In this document: piece by piece, positions 30,801-31,278 of the stretch
How the letters are laid out: the number at the start of each line of letters is the position of its first letter
Position numbering within the stretch: the stretch's first letter is position 1
DNA from: a virus
DNA: 31,278 bases
Strand: one strand, 5' to 3'
IMG/VR virus record: IMGVR_UViG_3300045988_019785
Location: 1-31,278 of that record
The notes under the pieces: generated by a model
Databases searched by the model: none
Told to the model about the DNA's origin: nothing
What the model saw: only the letters and a program-made list of their open reading frames with translations
Made by a program: the position numbers and the translations under genes

Positions 30801-31278
30801 GCGGGATTGAGGCACTGAAAGTTAAGGCTGCTGAGATCAAGGGCCGGCTGAAGGCAGTCGAAGAGTCAGGGGTTGTAGGTAAAGATACCGAATCTCTGGT
30901 CGAAGAGTATAAGTCAACTATTGCTAAGATCAAGTCCTTCGAGTCGAATGAAGGCGCGGTTAATGAACTGAAAGGAAATTCTGTGGCGGTTGCTGGTGAG
31001 GCTAAGTCCCTGGGTGCGCACTTTGTTAAGCACTTCGGTCCTGAGCTTGCTCGGGTTAAGGGCCGTGACAATTTCTCGGTGAATGGTCCCGAGTTCAAGG
31101 GTGCTGAGGATTGGCACCTGACTTGGGACAGCCTGATCGGTTTTGATACCGATTACGATAAGGCCGCGCATTACGCCCAGCCTCCGCTGTATGTTGGCGA
31201 CCTGTTTGCACAGGGCATGACTAATAGCGCTGCTGTGGCCTGGCTTGATGACAGCGCTGTCGAGGGTGACGCCGGCTC
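30797..31278 (+). CDS. Major capsid protein, N-terminal part (runs off the window end and continues at 1..758)
   Basis: GTG 30797 overlaps the protease stop (GTGA), with AAGGGG upstream. Coiled-coil N-terminus (SGIEALKVKAAEIKGRLKAVEE...) like an HK97 delta domain. No separate scaffold gene is present. Confidence 0.85.
   Translation, partial: MSGIEALKVKAAEIKGRLKAVEESGVVGKDTESLVEEYKSTIAKIKSFESNEGAVNELKGNSVAVAGEAKSLGAHFVKHFGPELARVKGRDNFSVNGPEFKGAEDWHLTWDSLIGFDTDYDKAAHYAQPPLYVGDLFAQGMTNSAAVAWLDDSAVEGDAG
31224..31278. repeat. 55-bp exact terminal direct repeat (copy 2 of 2, identical to 1..55)
   Basis: See the feature at 1..55. Confidence 0.95.

Overview
The window is a complete small siphovirus-type dsDNA phage genome that wraps around. 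Nucleotides 1-55 are identical to 31224-31278, so the unit genome is 31,223 bp and the major capsid gene is split across the window ends.

Late arm (+ strand):
- consensus promoter 25519-25547, followed by a repeat-dense leader
- HNH endonuclease, P27-type small terminase, large terminase
- portal-MuF fusion, prohead protease, major capsid (wraps to 1-758)
- connectors, major tail protein, G/GT chaperones, tape measure, four tail-tip proteins
- lysis cassette: TM/coiled-coil protein, M15 endolysin, GH16-like protein, holin
- bidirectional terminator 11779-11815

Early arm (- strand, 24557 down to about 11830):
- four sigma70-type promoters with exact 17-bp spacers, two of them apparently leaderless
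- small early genes
- a nucleotide-modification cluster: an active plus a Glu-less deaminase pair, a ThyA-family enzyme carrying the dCMP-type Asp, and a thioredoxin
- SNF2 helicase, family-A DNA polymerase, Cas4-like exonuclease, AAA_24/Sak4-like ATPase, DUF669-like SSB, VRR-NUC nuclease, prim-pol/helicase

I saw no integrase, repressor, tRNA or CRISPR array. Leaderless promoters, frequent GTG/TTG starts and the gene content suggest an actinobacterial host, which is inference.

Most notable observations:
1. The octamer GTGTGGTC/GACCACAC occurs at least 24 times against about 1 expected. It appears in all reading frames and at regulatory sites.
2. The ThyA-like enzyme has an Asn->Asp specificity switch and sits beside a Tad2/Tad3-like deaminase pair. 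This predicts a cytosine C5-modification or otherwise non-canonical pyrimidine pathway.
3. A roughly 600-bp GC-rich non-coding control region (24593-25190) carries G4-prone tracts, tandem repeats and two large hairpins that share the same apical 13-mer in opposite orientation around an AT-rich core.
4. A dense GGGGTAC/GTACCCC array sits in the leader of the packaging operon.
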